A stretch of DNA of 63,905 nucleotides, the filler included, from Folioceros fuciformis (lineage: Eukaryota), in NCBI GenBank assembly GCA_049999805.1. It is 5 parts of 5 records of this genome, joined end to end, with 100 filler letters (N's around TTAATTAATTAA, not from the genome) between each part and the next. Parts side by side here need not be neighbours in the genome. Positions count along the whole stretch, not along the records: positions 17,573 to 40,188 come from JBNGIO010006130.1; positions 40,289 to 56,654 come from JBNGIO010006132.1; 3 more parts are not named here. One strand, given 5' to 3'. A program made the position numbers and the translations under genes. A model generated the notes under the pieces. That model was not told the DNA's origin. It made no database searches and saw nothing but the letters and a program-made list of their open reading frames with translations. Positions within the stretch are counted from its first letter, which is position 1, and every line of letters starts with the position of its first letter. This document shows, piece by piece, positions 36,555 to 49,701 of this stretch.

Positions 36555-39500
36555 TGTAGGGTTATTAAAGCCCAATGTGCTTAGACTAATGTGGTATCAT
36601 TAGTTTAGATGAGCTTAAGCTAATCTGTAGGAACCTTCTTGTGCAGCTTTCTGTGTGCTTCTTGTGAAGCTTCCTAGGGAGCTCTTCTAGAGGGTATAAA
36701 TATCCCCTTGAGCTCCCTTGCATATTTAGAGACTCATTATGAGAGTGTGACATCTCTTTTCTCCTCTCCTCCTTGCCTCCTCCTCTCCTCCTTCACCATC
36801 GGCGTGCCGCCGCAGCTAGGAAAATTGGTCAGCAGCGGGGTAGGATGGGCAGGAGGCTGAGGTAGAGATGGACAGCAACGGAGGAGGAGGGGCAGATCAG
36901 CGGGCAGTGAGAGGAAAGAGGGCTGGCTGCGAGGCGAGGAGGAGAGGATGGGAGGGGAAATTGGAAGGGGAAGGGGCTAGATCAGCCCGTGGCGAGAGGA
37001 GATGGCAGCGGGATTGGAGAAAACGGGCAGGAGGGGGAAAAGGGATGGAGGGGGAAGGGNNNNNNNNNNNNNNNNNNNNNNNNNNNNNNNNNNNNNNNNN
37101 NNNNNNNNNNNNNNNNNNNNNNNNNNNNNNNNNNNNNNNNNNNNNNNNNNNNNNNNNNNGGAAAGAAGGAAAGAAATCGCCCCACCACGGGCGATGGCAG
37201 AGCTCTCCTCCAGCGCTGCAGCCGGTCCCATGCTCCTTGGTCAGCAGCTAGCAAGCTGGACCCCAACAGCTCATGAGAAGCCTGGCTAGATCTGCATCAA
37301 TTCGTTGTGATCTCCAGCACCTGGTGTTGTCGATAGCCTAGCCAACACATAGTCTGAGTAACGATAGGGTTAGCAGACTAGCCCAAATGAAATGTCATTA
37401 GGGTTTAGTATATAAACAACACACGCTAATAATTTTAAAAATTATTTTATTACCATCAAGTTTAGTCGAGCCAACTGCTCTTCGCATAATTCACATGGTA
37501 TCAGAGCACCAAATGCTCTCTACCCCTCCCAAGACATGATGCCTGGCCAGGGTGGACCTCGTACAGATTGACGCCAACGAGGGAGGCGTTTTGGTGGCAG
37601 CACGAGAAGACCACAAAACGCAAACTGTGTTCTTGTTGACACTGTCTTGGATCTATACGACGCAAACTACCCCAACACACGGCTAAGGTAGTGGGTCGGC
37701 AGGAATTCAGGCAGTTCAAGTGCTAGGGCGCGCGCAATTAGACTACAGCAGTCAAGAACATCTGAGATAGATTCTCTCTACTGCGCCCGTTGCATTTCTA
37801 GGAACCAGCCTGATCCTCGATCCAATCCACCTGCCAGGATCGCTGAATTGGAGTCGAAAGTCTCAGCAGAATCTCCTGAAACCCCTGATTTTGTCCCTGT
37901 GGCTGATTGGGAATTGAAGTCTTTTGGAGGTTTCTGCAATCACCCAAATTTTCACAGAACGATTAGGTGGTTGAGGGGTGGCAAATCTGCTGAAAACAAG
38001 AGCCAAGTCAAGAAATATGCAGAAGACGACAAGCAAATTTTTGTGGAGGCTTCTGTCGAGACTTTCCTTGAGAAACTCCTCTTCAATCAGCACATCTTGA
38101 GAGACGGCGTTGCTCGCTTGCAAGTCTGCATTGACACAGATATCTAGAATCGATAGGAACATTTCACAGATTGTTGGAATGCTGCGTGCAATGGATCTTG
38201 GACAAGGTTTTTCGACAGAATTCTTGCCTGCGAGCGGAGACTCCATCTTGTGACCCTGCTTCCGCTGGCGGGGAGCGCTGGAGANNNNNNNNNNNNNNNN
38301 NNNNNNNNNNNNNNNNNNNNNNNNNNNNNNNNNNNNNNNNNNNNNNNNNNNNNNNNNNNNNNNNNNNNNNNNNNNNNNNNNNNNGCGCTGGAGACGCGAA
38401 ACGGTGCGCATCATCAGCAGTGACTCTTGGCATGGATTTGGAGCGTCACCACTGCATTGCTGACCCTTGGCCTGTTTGCATCTCTTGGCTTGTGATTTGT
38501 CTGTCAACTAACATGCTGTTTCATGGAACAAGTGTCAGTTAGAAACCCTAATTTAAGAACTCAAACGATACTTTTGAAAGGTTGTGTCTGTTTTCACACT
38601 TGTACCTTTACGCATCCAGGAAGGTAGATGAGGGAGGGAGCCTGTTGAGGATCAGATACGTTTGTACCCGGTCTCCCTCAGGCCATCACCCTCACCTAGC
38701 CCCCTGGACACGCATCGTTAGTATCACATGAGCATATGTTAGGTTAACAACATCAGAGCATAACTAAGCTCAACTAAACTTCTGAACCATAGTTTCGAAA
38801 GGGACTTAGCTATTTTTACGCATGTCCGATACTAACAGTGCACATAGTGCATCTGATTTGAGCCTTCACGAGTACTTAGATCATTCAGATAGCAGTTCCA
38901 CCTCCTTCGAGGGGGAAGAGAACCTGCAGGCAATAAATATATTCAACTTCTGGTCTAACCCACCTGGAGTACCTATCACAAGTACAAGAACCATGTCAAC
39001 AACTCCTTCATTCACTTCAGAGTTGAAGGAAAAGGACAGGTTCAATGGGAAACTGTACCATGTGTGGAAGGTACGCATGAAAGCTCTGCTTGTAGCTAGG
39101 GGAGTCTGGAATGTGGTAGGTGGGAGTTTTCCAAAACCGGATCCTCAAACCGGTAGCCAAGCAGATAAGGACAAGTGGACGACCTGTAATGAAGTAGCCG
39201 TAGCTATCATCATAAATGGCTTGGATACTTTCCTTGTTCCTGATGTTGAATACCTAACAAAAGGCATAGAAATCTGGAATTAGCTCCAGAAAACCTATCA
39301 AGTTACTAACATCATGACCAAGTGTGCTGTGTGGCAAGAGTTCTATGCTCTAAGGATGAAGGACGGAGTTAAAGTGGGAGTATTTACCAGTAAATTTCGC
39401 CACCTCCGTGCACAGCTTGCTTCCTACAATTACAAGATCGAGGAGGAACATGCTGGGGTCCAGCTCTTGAGCAGCTTGCCAGCATCACATCAGCAGTTTG

Positions 39501-40188
39501 TCAGCTCGTATATTGCACCCCTGAATGCGTCACAAGCTGCTGTTGCCGCCGGAAATGCAAGCGCCCTTACTGTTGACGACATAGTTGCTGCTCTGCATCA
39601 GGAGGAACAGAGCCGACTGTTCACAATGGGGAACACGAAGTCAAAAGCTGACAAAGTACTTGTGGCCATGTTAAAGCCTCCTAAAGGAAAAAGCAAGTAT
39701 ACCTCAAGTACTGGTTCTGACCCTGGCCTTCCTAGCAGAAAGAAAATTGGAAACTGTAATTGGTGTGGTGCACTTGGCCATTGGGCACGTGACTGCCAAA
39801 AGAAGAAGCAGGGGAGCCCCAACGGCAGCAGCCCACAAAGCAGTTTGTTAGTTTGGCTGTGAAGGACAAAGGAGAAAACTCTAAAGGAACTGTGAAGATC
39901 CTGACTATCTGCCTCACAAGCACTGTTCATGATGTTGGTGACTGGTATCTCGATTCAGGGGCTACCACCCACATATGTAACGACAAGTCACTGTTCTCCA
40001 AGTTGACCCTACGTCAAATGAAGGACAAAGTCTTGTTAGGAGATGAGCGAAGTGACACAAGCCTGCGAGTTGAAGGACATTGGCTTTGTACCTTTCTCCT
40101 TGCTGATGGGTCTACACAAGATGTTGATCGCGTGTTGTACATACCAGACATGGCGAAGAACCTCCTTTCGATGAGTAAGATCATGCAG
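36555..40188 (+). mobile_element. Ty1/Copia LTR retrotransposon 5' half: LTR, PBS, gag, protease (truncated by scaffold end)
   Basis: LTR TG(36555)...CA(37495), PBS TGGTATCAGAGC, gag FNGKLYHVWKVRMKALL with zinc knuckle CNWCGALGHWARDC, and protease WYLDSGATTHIC. One in-frame stop and one frameshift. Confidence 0.9.
37496..37507 (+). promoter_or_regulatory. Primer-binding site complementary to initiator tRNA-Met
   Basis: TGGTATCAGAGC immediately after the LTR-terminal CA. Confidence 0.9.
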
Positions 40189-40288
40189 NNNNNNNNNNNN
40201 NNNNNNNNNNNNNNNNNNNNNNNNNNNNNNNNTTAATTAATTAANNNNNNNNNNNNNNNNNNNNNNNNNNNNNNNNNNNNNNNNNNNN
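40189..40288. other. Artificial scaffold-joining linker
   Basis: N44-TTAATTAATTAA-N44. Confidence 0.95.
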
Positions 40289-43200
40289 TAACAAACTAAC
40301 TCACGGGACATGAAAAGGGACACATAGATAGGGTGCCCCAACAAACATAGATTTCTTTTTTGATTCCCTCGCGGATCCTCTCCTTCCTCCCTCTCGATCC
40401 TGTGCAAAGCTTCAATGAGGCACTTCAATGAACATTGTATGGTTCCTCACCAGCTCCATAAATGGACTTCTCAGATCCCCTGCCTGCACAAGTTGCATTG
40501 CCAATTCAATTAATCAATTCCTTCACCAACACCACATGGCCATACACAAGACACAATATCACAAATATTGCCGAGCAATAATCAGGGTTACATGCATCAT
40601 AGGGACATGAGGAAGGAGGAGGAGACCTGCATGTGTGATGAGCCTGCCACCCTCCACCTCCTTCCCCCCAGCCCCAAGGGTTCAAAGGTGTCCGACCTAA
40701 GTAGCTCACTGTGTGTCCATGACTTGCATGAAATGGGCTGTAGGGTTCGTGCCCATGCCATTGGGACTTAAGGCACCTATGGTCGGTATGTTTGCAACTG
40801 TCTAGACTACATGAAACCGTCAGTACTCTGAGCTCAGGCATTTCTATCGATGCCTATCACTTTCTTCACAATGTTAAACACAGGTTGCTGGATCACGGTT
40901 CAGTCCCGAGAACTTGCTTGTTATCCCTTAGAAGTTAGTCTACAAACACAAGGAAATGGTGGCTCACATTCTCAAACTTCAGTACAGAAAGGGACATCTA
41001 CTCTACCACTTCTGTCCAAAACTAGAAGCCTGCCAGCAAACAGGCCAGCAATAGTGCATAAGACGGGTGGACATGTCCACACCCAAGAAGCCACACGAAC
41101 AACCAGGTTGCACTCACAAGTGCACAAAAAAAAAACGACAATGCCAACCGCATGAGGTTACCAACTAACTTGCCTACACTATCTTCAAAAAAAACCACCA
41201 GAGATAAACCTCTAGTGCCGTAGGTGCACATCCTCTGACCTTCCTAAACTATATGCCAGAGGGTCACAACCATCCCTACCCCTGGCGATCCCTAGCGCAG
41301 GAGGCAGCGTCCACTTCTATTACACTCTCCCGTAAGTTTGCTCTCAGCTTTTGTAAGCTTCCTTCCAGCGAATCCAGCAACCCTAGACTGTTGTGCAAAC
41401 CGTGCACCCCGTCCTCAAGCTTGTCTGCCTCCTTCCCTCCATGGGTGCCTCCTTCTATTGCACTGCAACGTGGAGTGCCCCAAGCTGCGCCTCACCGTTG
41501 ATGGACAGGCGTGTGATCCTCATCCTCTCCAGAAGAGCAAAGCTCTAAGTAAGAAAGTTCTCTCCGCCACCTTCGCACTTGCCTCAATGGCAGCACATTG
41601 GACCCCGAACTACGGTCCGCCTCCCTGCCCTGGCGTGCTTCCTACCCTGCACCACTTCCAGGAGTGGCCCACCCACCTGCTACCACTCCTCCCGTGTGTT
41701 TGGTAATACTTGCCTCCACCGCATCTAGCTCCATTTGTAGCACGCGTCATTCCTCCCCCACACAGCTAGGTCTAGCAAGCCGTCTTATCAGCTGTTGCTT
41801 GCGAATGACATCTAGGTATCTCCAGCACTGAAATTGGTCGATTTCACCATATGCAGCCTTTCACAACTACTGTCTGATAGCCCAGTTCCATGTGTCTGCT
41901 GCGATGCTCGCCATGACCTCTGTTGTTGGCTCTCCTGCCTTTGTCACCTCATTGTCTATGGCCTCCTCGATGGTAGCAAGAACTCCATCCTGCTCGACCA
42001 GGCCAGGGTTGCCATCCCTACCCCTCCCAACTCTTGCATCCTCTTGTAGGGGAGGGAGGTCTCCTTCTCCACCACATGCCGTCGATGGTAGGTGTTCAGG
42101 TGCCTCGTTGTTCCCCTAGTACACTACCATGGCGAGGCTATGAATGGCCTCACTATTTTCTTCACTCCCTGGCGGCACTTTGCTCCTGCCCTCCTCCGTT
42201 CCTGCTACGGCGGCCACCATGCTGCTTGCATCCTTCTAGCGCTCCCTTGCCTGCTAGTGCCACTGCCTTCGCGCGCTCCCTTCCACCACTGCCTACCCGG
42301 GCTCCCTTGCCTACTAGTGCCATTGCTTGCCCGCGCTCCCTTTTTCTACAGCTGCCACCGCCTTCCCACGCTCCCTTTGCAGCAGCTGCCACAGCCTCCC
42401 TACGCTCCCTTTGTTGCAGCTGCCACTACCTACAACGACCCCAAGGCCGTGAGACACCTACGACGGAGGAAGGCTCTGTCGCACCCTCTAGGGTATGAGC
42501 CCTAACCACAGCAGCCTGCTCTACTCTTTGCTCGCTGCCTGGTTGTCAACCTATGCGGCGGAGCTGCCTGCTCCCCTCTCCCCTCGTAGTGCCTCGATGG
42601 CTGACTATAAGCATATGCAGCGGAGCTGCCTCCCTACACCTTCCATGGCTTCATACTCCTCCACAATGCCACCCCTCACTCTCAATGGCTCCTTTAGGTG
42701 ATGCTGCACACTACCCACTACATGCAGCACTGCCCACTCCATGCCTGCAACTGCAAGCTGGCCACACCCTTGCTGTGCATTGCCGAGGGCATAGGACCAC
42801 TGCTTGACTCCAGCAACGACCTACCCACCCCTGTCAATGGCTTGCTTCCACGTCCACATGAATGGTGGTTCGTGCCACATGACACGATGGACTTTATATG
42901 GTCCACCCTTTGCGCAGCTGCTTCCACCGTCCACCTCGCATATGGGAACTTGCCAACTCCTTCTGGGTAGGCGTTGTGCATTTGCAAAGTGCATGCCATC
43001 CCTGTCACAAACTGCACACATTTACATGGTCCACCTCCTTCTTCGTCTCCTTCCAACTCCTCATGTGCCTCCCATTACCACTATTCGTTTATGGCACCCT
43101 CCCTTTCTACCCTCAACCACAGCTGCCTACAGATAGCCACTACTAGCCTGCGGAGATTATCCAGCGGCATGCACCTACCCATATAATGCCCACCCTTTAG

Positions 43201-44420
43201 CACACTAGCCACCCAAAAGTCCCCTCCCTAGGCTTCGGTGTACATGTAGCTGGGAAATGTAGTTGCAGCTTGCATTTCGTGATGGTTGTTGGTAATTGTA
43301 GGGGGTGCTTGCACTTCCACATTCGATGTGGACATGGCCAAGCAACAAGTAGTTGGAGAGAGTGCTTTGTAAACAGAGTCACACTCACAATTTTGTGGTG
43401 CAGTATTGTGGGTGCAGTTTGAGTGTAGTGATTGTAACTGCAGATGTATAGTGCATTTTGTGGCTGCACCATGTGGGTAGAGTTGTCGTTGTTGTTCGCG
43501 CATGTAGGGTGTGTTGCAAGTTGTTGCTTCGGATGCCTCTGGCCAAGCAGCATATTGCAGTTGCGTTTAGGCATACTATTTGCAATTTCCTTTTAGCGTT
43601 GCACCTTGCAAGCAACCCTACCCTTCACATTGTAGTTGCTTGTTGTGCATTGTGCTCATTGCAGGTGGTTGCAATTATTACCCACACCCCCTTTTGTGCT
43701 TTTTCAGGCATTGCAAGTCGCCCACGGTATGGAGACTTGGAGGGTATGGACTATCTGCGCGATATGTACCACTTGCACTTGGCCTTGACCATCTTGTGTA
43801 GAGAGTGCAAAAGCTGAATGGAGTTGTTGGATGCCTACCTACATGCTTGGACGCAGGAGAAGGCCACTCCGTGGGGGTTGATAGGCATTTGCCTCCTTCG
43901 CTCTCTGTAATAACGCCGGAACGGGGGGATTTGTCCAATGCCTTAGGGGTTTGTGTTGTGGGGTGAGACCCTATGTAGCTTTCCCTTGCTCTCATGGGCT
44001 GTGAAATAAAGCTGGACATTTCATTCCCCACTAAGGTTCTGCAAACCTCCTACTGTTTGTTTGTCCCCCTTGTCCTCCTCACATCCATGTGATTGTATAG
44101 CGAGGAAGGCTAGAAGGATGTCCCCTTCAGCAGGTTGTGGATTGGAGTGGCAAAAACCCAGAAATGAAACCAAGGCCGGTTAGGGGTGTGCATAGAGGTG
44201 AGAGAGATGTGTGCACAGAAGATAGAATGGTGAACGCCGAGGTCCTCTGTGAACATTGTATATGGAGGATGGATGCTGAACTACAAACCCTAGCCCTAAC
44301 AGAGAAAAAAGTGAATGACTGTGAGTGGAAAGAGACTAATCCAAAAATGTGAGGGAGAAAATATTATCAAACCCTAAGGTTTGTTCCAATCGGGACACCT
44401 AGATGGCGCCCTACGACCTA
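40289..44420. mobile_element. Highly degenerate, probably retrotransposon-derived sequence
   Basis: No intact gene. C-rich low-complexity repeats and faint gag/protease-like fragments on the minus strand at about 40400-41200. Family not determinable. Confidence 0.3.
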
Positions 44421-45252
44421 AGGGGGCATGTGCATCAAGATGGCGCCCTACGACCTAAGGGGGCATGTGCATCACCTCCAAAAGTTTGGATATATACTGC
44501 CCAACAAAACTTCGTGTGAAAGCTTCTCGGTACTCCATACCCCCGTGCTCGAAGCAAATACGTATTTGTTTTTCCCGCTCCGGCACATTCCAATTGGAGT
44601 GAAATCTCACCAATCATGATGTAGGTTATTAATTGGTGTTGCGTAGCATGCAACAGTGAAGACGGCAGTCCAATGGATGGATACTTATGAGCGACTCATG
44701 TTGTATGCATGCACCATCACGGATTACAACATACATATATAAAAGCCAGCGCGAACCGGACAAGCCCCGAAGTGTCCATTTCATGTGGACTGGTACTTCC
44801 TGTGAAGCGAACAACCGGCATGCAGACAGGCCAGGCCAGGCCCCCTTCCACTTGTACGCTGCGCCTGCGTCAGGCTCTCAGGCATCTTCCGAGACCAAAC
44901 CTTGTCCTGTCTTGCCGCGAACTGCGCTCTGTCGCGCGCTAGGCTAAGCCTGACTCCAGGCACCTTTGCTGCGCTATTTTTGGATGCCAGGTACTGTACA
45001 AATTTTGCTGCTTCTGGAAGTCGGATTTCAAGAAGCTGGTTTGCAATTCGCGAACGCTTGCATTCTGCTTTCTCGCTGCTTCCACGCTGATTTGGCTGCT
45101 CAGTGTTCAGTGTGATTCTGGCTTTGGAGGAATTCGAAACGGACAGACGGGACTGAACTTGCTGATGACATTTCCTTGAAGTCTGCGCAAGCTTGGTTGC
45201 TCATGCTCTACGCCGACTGACCAGATAGCTGTGTCTGGCAAGCTGCTCAGCT

Positions 45253-47490
45253 ATGGAGTCAAATGGTCCCACTGCTGTGCACCCTCTCGGAATCGAACAA
45301 CCAGCGAGTCCTTATCTCGATTCCAAGGCGACACGGGTGGTGGACCTGCGCTCGGATACTGTGACCAAGCCTACTCCCAAGATGCTGAGCGCCATGGCTG
45401 CTGCAGAGGTGGATGACGACGTGCTCGGGGTGGACCCGACTGTGGAGAGGCTGCAGCAGCAGATGGCCAAGGTGCTGGGCAAAGAAGCTGGTCTGTTCGT
45501 GCCCTCTGGAACCATGGGAAATCTCATCAGCGTGCTGGTTCATTGTGAGGTTGGTGCGCTTTCCTCCAATGTTTCCAGTGGCAGCGAGGACTTTTTCGCT
45601 TGCATTCTGACCTTGAGGAGTCACTGCGTTGCTGGTGCAGGTTCGTGGTAGTGAGGTGATACTGGGCTCGGAGTGCCACATTCATGTGTATGAGCAAGGG
45701 GGAATTGCCACTTTGGGCGGTGTGTATCCCCATCTCATCCCTAACAACCCTGATGGTACAATGGATTTGGGGAAGGTAGAAGCTGCCATCAGGCCAGAGG
45801 ATGAGCATTTCCCAACTAGTCGCCTCGTCTGCATCGAGAATACTCACAACAGGTCTGAAAAATCGAGCTTTCTAAATTTCGGTAGACCGTGTTGAGTATA
45901 GTGAAGGTGGTTGGTGACATCCCTCCCTGCTTGCTTGCTGCTGTACTGCGCCGCCTGTGACCGTTCAGATGCGGTGGAAGATGCATCTCGGCTGAGTACA
46001 CGGACAAGATCAGTGAGCTTGCGAAGTGGTATGGTTTAAAACTGCATGTCGATGGTGCCCGTATCTTCAATGCCTCCAGAGTGAGTGCCACTTCGTATTC
46101 GTTTACCTTCTCACACAATTCTTGAATATTGCCGGCCAACAGAAAGCATACAAAGTTGCAGACATGTAATGACGGGTTTCTTGACGTCATACGTATCTAG
46201 CCACTCCATTCAAGTTTTTGAAATATAGTCTTTTCTGTGCATAGGCTCTGGGTGTTCCCGCGGAGAGGCTAGTGCGAGCAGCGGATTCTGTCTCTGTGGG
46301 TGCTTTACTTTCCGTGTTGCACCTGTTTGTGTAGATGCAGCGTCTCGTTTGTTAAGTCTGTGCTCTGGTGTTCGTTGTTAGCAAACTCCGTTTTGTCCCC
46401 TCGGTGAAGCGTTGATCAATTGAAGTTGGTGCAGGTGTGCCTGTCAAAAGGGTTAGCTGCACCCGTTGGCAGTGTCATCGTGGGTTCACATTCCTTCATC
46501 AGAAAGGTACAGTGGGCCCCTTGTTGTCTCCTGGATCATGAGCACTGCTACCGTAATAGCAACTGTTCAAACGACTCGTTAACTTTGCCCCTGCAGGCAA
46601 GGAAAGTGAGAAAAGCGCTGGGAGGCGGCATGCGGCAGGTTGGTGTTTTGGCTGCTGCTGGTTTGGTGGCATTAGAAGACATGGCAGGCAGACTTGAGCA
46701 TGATCACAGAAATGCCCGCATCCTAGCAGGTATACTCATCCCCAAGAAATCAATAGTATGCCTTTCCGTCTGCTGGAATGGGGGGCATAACTATGCACAT
46801 ACAGCAACACCCTACATTTTCATCTCCTAACTTCAGTGCCGCCACTGTTGTCTGACAGCCTGTGGCTTTTGTAAATGCAGAAGGTCTGGCTGCCATTGCA
46901 GGCCTAAAGGTGGACCTCGCCAGTGTCCAGACCAACATCGTAAGGTCCGACACTTACATAGTGTTACTACCAAGCTCCAAGGTCATGGCTGAGGTGAAGT
47001 TATGCTTCTGCAGGTGTATGCCGAAGTGACATCAGTGTCGGGACTTGGAGCCGAGGAGCTCTGTGAAGCTTTGAAGGAACATGGCATTCTGGCATTGACG
47101 TTCGGACCCACTGCGTAAGTCCATTCCCCCACTGCATATTAGTCGTGAGCTTTTGAGAGTGCGTTTCGAGGTTAAAATCTCCTAGAGCATGCTAACGATG
47201 TACACAAGTTGGCCATTCCTGCTTCTTTGATTTCGCAGTATCCGGGTCGTGACTCATTACCAAATATCAGAAGACGACGTCCGATTTGCTCTCTTGCGCT
47301 TCCAGGTACATGTCTGCAACTTTTCTCCCACTCTAATCCTGCAAAACGCCCTGTAGATCTCATCTGGACATGGAGTCGACTCAGCTGTTGAGTTGCGAAA
47401 TGCAGGAATGACTCTGTGTTACTGGTTGTTTCACAGGAGACACTGTTGACATCAGCAATGAAGGCGCAAGTGGCACAAATTCAAGTCTAA
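45253..47490 (+). CDS. THA: Low-specificity L-threonine aldolase (10 exons)
   Basis: [54 protein letters not shown]-lysine motif [24 protein letters not shown]. Stop TAA at 47488-47490. Confidence 0.95.
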
Positions 47491-47834
47491 AAAATGTAGG
47501 GCTTTCCTAGGTGGATCTGCGAAAGTTCTGTAGGAAACAATCCTGCGAAGCAATCCTCCACTTTCATGCAGTACCTACAATGTTATCGTACGGACATAGG
47601 AAAAAACCAGGACAGTATATAGAATAGCAGTGGCCAAGTTGGGCCAGCCTGCCAGGGGCTGGCCAAGAAGACTTGTGCATAAAGTGGAGCTCCTTCAGGA
47701 AAACACGTTCCTGCCGAAGGGAAGTTTTAATACGTTCAAGCGACAGTCATATGCAAGGTTGTCGGTCAAGTGGAAGGCGATGAGAGGTTTCATCAGGAAA
47801 CCCTGATCCGGATGCCGGTGGCAACCTTTCAAGA

Positions 47835-48776
47835 ATGGCGATCACCAAAATCTACGTAGTGTGAGTCATTCATGCGATGTTGTGTGAGGCATTTATGCGA
47901 TGCTGTGTGAGTCGGTGATGCAACATAGTCTTGTCCCGGATCGGTTCGTCCTGGATCGGTCTTGTCCCGTCCTGGATCGGTCTTGTCCTGACTTCATGGT
48001 GAAATCCTGCAAGCGCGGTTCCTGGTTTGCAGGTATTACTCGATGTATGGACATGTTGCGGCACTAGCAGAGCAGATTAAGGAGGGAGCCGAGTCCGTGG
48101 AGGGAGTTGAGGCAACTCTATGGCAGGTTGTACGGATCCTGCCCATGGACGAAACACAACCAATGCATGCTTCGTCTTATATCATGCGCATTTTTTTTTC
48201 AGATTCCGGAGACACTACCGCATGAGGTCCTGGAGAACATGAACGCTCTCCCGAAGTCAGCGGTGCAGACCATTCAGCCTTCGCAGCTGGCTGAAGCGGA
48301 CGGCCTGGTGTTCGGGTTTCCTACCAGGTTGGGGATGATGGCAGCTCAGTTCAAAGCATTCCTTGATGCAACGGGAGAGCTGTGGAGATCACAGCAATTG
48401 GCTGGCAAGCCTGCTGGGATTTTCTTCAGCACGGAATCCCAAGGTGGCGGTCAGGAGACGACAGCGTGAGGCCCTCCTCAAAGCTTGTGCTCACTGTTTG
48501 CAGGGTCTGGACTTGTGTGCTGACGTCAGTCTTTACTCCTGCAGCCTTACGGCCATCACGCAGTTGACGCATCACGGGCTGATCTTTGTGCCTGTGGGAT
48601 ATACGTTTGGTGCAAACATGCACGCTTCGAGAGAAGTTCGAGGAGGCTCGCCATACGGAGCAGGAACATATGCGGGCGATGGAAGCCGCCAGCCCTCCCA
48701 AGTTGAGCTTGAGCTCGCGCGTCATCAGGGCAAGTACCTTGCAGCCATAGCTAAAAAGTTAAAGGCCCCTACTTAA
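47835..48776 (+). CDS. FQR1: Flavodoxin-like NAD(P)H:quinone reductase, FQR1/WrbA family (4 exons)
   Basis: [56 protein letters not shown]. Confidence 0.93.
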
Positions 48777-49701
48777 TTGATTTGTTGGTCTAGCGTGGAC
48801 ACTGGTAGTCGCAAGTTGATAAAGCTTACACCAACCCTCTCAATACATTATTATTTCATTAAAAAGTTATTATCCATCTGCATATTGATCTGCCTATATA
48901 TCTAGATTATAAAAATAGATATGCTCATTGTCAGTGAGGTCCGCTGCAGCTTGTTTATCGACTGTGGACCAAGACACCTGAAGCTTTCTGAACATCTCTG
49001 TGCGGGGTTGCCTTGATCATTCAGAATACCAAGTAAATGACTAGAACCTGAACTCTGCTGAATGCTTTTGCAGCCAACAGTTGTGACGAGCATGTATGCA
49101 AGGTGTGGCAACTACGGATTTGCAGAAGGCCTTAAGGGGACGGACTTGGTCACAAGGATGTGAGTGATGTGCAATGCCATGCCGCCAGGGTACACTTAGC
49201 AAGGCATGGGAGAGGAAGCCTTGTGGCTAGTGCCCTTCATGAGATGTCGAGGCATTCCTCAGGAAGGTTTCTCAAATCTTCACGCGTGACCATATCACTC
49301 TCTTTCCCATATATCTCGACTGTGGGGGAATCTTGTACTTCGCGTAGTATCAAGCTCTGTCGTAGAAGTGAACATTCCACCGACTGTCACCGGCGACATA
49401 CGCTTGCTAGCATTAGTGTATGCTGCATGGGTACTGGAGATCACATGGTGCAGCACCGACTGTACTGGGGCCAGACTCGGAGAATCAAGGGTGCTGCTCC
49501 GGGGGCTAGCCTTCGCAAACCACAGGTGTGTCATGACACGAGCACATGTACAAAGCGGGAGGTGATGCTGGGATGTTGTGTATGCTTCTGTGCTCTCTCC
49601 CTCCTACTGACGCCAGTTAATGACCTCTTGTGCGCCATAGATGGTTGCCCAGGGTGAGCCCAGCGACGGGTCGGTGCCTATTGCACCCATACCTACAAGG
49701 T

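Noticed and set aside
44401-44476. TGGCGCCC primer-binding-site-like motif in a 37-bp tandem duplication
   Set aside because: No supporting LTR end or downstream gag on that strand.
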